DNA from: Guillardia theta CCMP2712
Lineage: Eukaryota > Protista > Cryptophyta
DNA: 64,000 nucleotides
Direction: 5' to 3'
Assembly (NCBI RefSeq): GCF_000315625.1
Contig: NW_005434590.1
Coordinates: 179,560 to 243,559, forward strand
The notes beneath the pieces are model-generated. The model was not told the DNA's origin. It worked only from the letters and a program-made list of their open reading frames with translations, and searched no databases. Made by a program: the position numbers and the translations under genes. Positions 62,067 through 64,000 of this stretch are shown piece by piece (within the stretch, counting starts at the first letter, position 1; each line of letters starts with the position of its first letter).

Positions 62067-64000
62067 ATGAAGTTTGGATTCATTTTCTCAACAAATGCTT
62101 TCTTCTGTGTTCTCCTCTTCCTGTCTTCTGCATCATCAATGATGCAAAGTGGCAGAAGGTTGTGCATCCCTCGCAAAGGAGGTGTTTGCTGTTGTCTCTA
62201 CGTTTTCCTCGTTCCTGAACAAGACTCGCAGGATTTCAAAGAGGATTTCACCTTCAGTTGTCCTTTGTGGGTATAACTTCAAGACCAAAGGTGAGTTTCA
62301 GGATTTGAAATGGTTGACAAATTGACTCCTGTCTCAGCTGGAGACTGCGTGTTTTGATATCTCCTTCTCTTCACTCGGAGCATCTCTCAATCACTTGACA
62401 CGTCGGGACGCTCTTACACCTGTCAATTGTCAAGTGGGTCAACGACGACCATCGGCACGCACCTCGCGGTCTTTCCCATCGGTATTCCGCCCGTTTCTAG
62501 AGTGTCTGTCTTTCCGCTCGACCATGTTGGGCGCTCAAGACTCGTGGAGACGGAGCCTGTCGATGACATCTACGGACCATGGGAGCGAAGTTTCCTGCAA
62601 GAAGAAAGCGGCAAAGAAGGGATCAAAGAATATCCCCCCAGAGCTGTTGAAGGAGATGCGCAAAATGGAGATGATGTTGAAATTCAGGAACGAGGTCGAC
62701 GTTGATCAGGTTCACAGGGACGTGATGCGACTAGTCGAGCAGGACGAGAGGATCGCTCCTGGTGTAAAGATCAAAATCTACGAGCTCCTTGTGGCCCTGG
62801 CTTGCTACAATCACAATGCTGAATCAGCCATTCGGTTCTTGGAGGTCCTGAAAGAACTTTCGATGCCATCAGAATCATCATACGCCTCCGTGATCAGAGT
62901 TTGTTGTGAAGACCCTGGGACTGCCAAACATGCCGTGAAACTCCTTGATGATTTTGTCTCTAATAACCCCAATCGCCTCCGGTTGCGGACGGTCCAACCG
63001 TTGCTCCTTACATTCTTGCAAAACAGAGACTTCGATAATTTCGTTGATCTCTGGAAGAGTGTGCTGAGCGGCCATCCAGACTTGATCAAGAGTGCGGCGA
63101 ACAGCAGCATCGAGCCGGTTGAACAGCTATTTGTTGACATCATCTCAGCCTTTAGCGATGTCATTGTCGGGAAGGTTGGGAAGGAGAGGGATCTGCTGAT
63201 GCTATCATTGGATGAGATCTTGAATGAGATGTCTGAGACGCTCTTGTCTATCAGTGAGAAGTCAGCGTCGTTGCTCAGCTCGCAGGTGTCCCATGACAAC
63301 TGCAAGGTGGTCAACATGTCGAGCGAAGGAAAGTGCCCACTCAGGTTGTACTTGTAGCCTCCTCCTCCTGTCCCTCTCTTCGTCTTCTCCTATCCAATGT
63401 CTCTCTACCTCATCGCCATATGCTCTCACACTGTTGCAAGTGGGAAGAGATTGAAGTTGTTTTCCCTATCATCCACTCAGCGAGGTCTTGTCCTCTGTTC
63501 TTCTTCCTTCAAGCTACTTACCTCCCCAACAGCTCTTGTGCGGACTGGACTGGTCGAGCTCGCCTCCAGTCAGGTGAGGAGGAGCTGGGAAGGGAGAAGG
63601 GCAGAGAAAGAGGAGGAAGAGGTGATCCCGAAGCAGCGACCTGGCAAGCGACGCAGGCAGAAATCAATAGTGAGGAAAGCGGATTCTCAGAGAGGATGAG
63701 AGAGGAGGATACGTACAGAAACAGGAGGTAGCCCGAGAGTGCCAGCACAGAAGGCATAAGGGGCAGGGGCAGGGGCAGGGGCTTGAGCTAGAGGGCGATG
63801 ATGAACGTTGAACAGGGAAGTCAAGCTCGGGAGTCGATTTTGAATTTCTTGGACTGGATGCGGGAGACATCACAGCAGTTCTCAGTCGTGGTTGATGGGC
63901 CCAACGTGGCATACTCGAAGCAGAACTTTGAGACCGGATGTTTTTCATACCATCAGGTGATTGAATGAGCAAAGATTATCCGATTGATTTTGCTGTGTGC
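62067..64000 (+). CDS. PRORP: Protein-only RNase P (PRORP), running off the window end, with signal-peptide leader
   Basis: PPR-like helices (ESSYASVIRVCC; RLRLRTVQPLL), Zn-site start GKCP, and NYN motif FLDWMRETSQQFSVVVDGPNVAYSKQNFETGCFSYHQ at ~63845-63956. The 5' exons join in frame through 50-nt and 47-nt GT-AG introns. Confidence 0.85.

Overview
Intron-rich eukaryotic nuclear DNA, most consistent with a cryptophyte alga (inference). Evidence: ~50-nt GT-AG introns, longer introns filled with purine/pyrimidine microsatellites, signal-peptide plus transit-peptide leaders, and an RWP-RK factor. Hand-splicing gives about 16 genes: exportin-T, DNAJC17/Cwc23, a multi-PAS (LOV-like, Cys-less) protein with four Trp-rich repeats, ATG1/ULK kinase, a rhodopsin-histidine kinase-receiver, a PDZ-coiled-coil-SH3 protein, an SLC13/SLT transporter, plastid-targeted bS21, an EF-hand/discoidin/LRR protein, mitochondrial uS5m, a PDZ protein, an RWP-RK factor, RBMX2/Snu17, a PRORP with a signal peptide, and a few hypotheticals. 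The most notable items are: (1) a probably 8-TM rhodopsin hybrid kinase with a rewired retinal pocket (bacteriorhodopsin R82->F, D85->Q, D96->V, Y185->F, W189->H; K216 and D212 kept), a pseudo-receiver, a true receiver and no cyclase; (2) the nearby PAS/Trp-repeat sensor; (3) recurring intergenic modules made of CCGG-rich islands, which share an exact 21-mer and other words, next to TACCC/GGGTA-skewed patches; (4) a PRORP that may be routed to the periplastid compartment or plastid. There are three N gaps. All splice models were derived by eye, not by computation.
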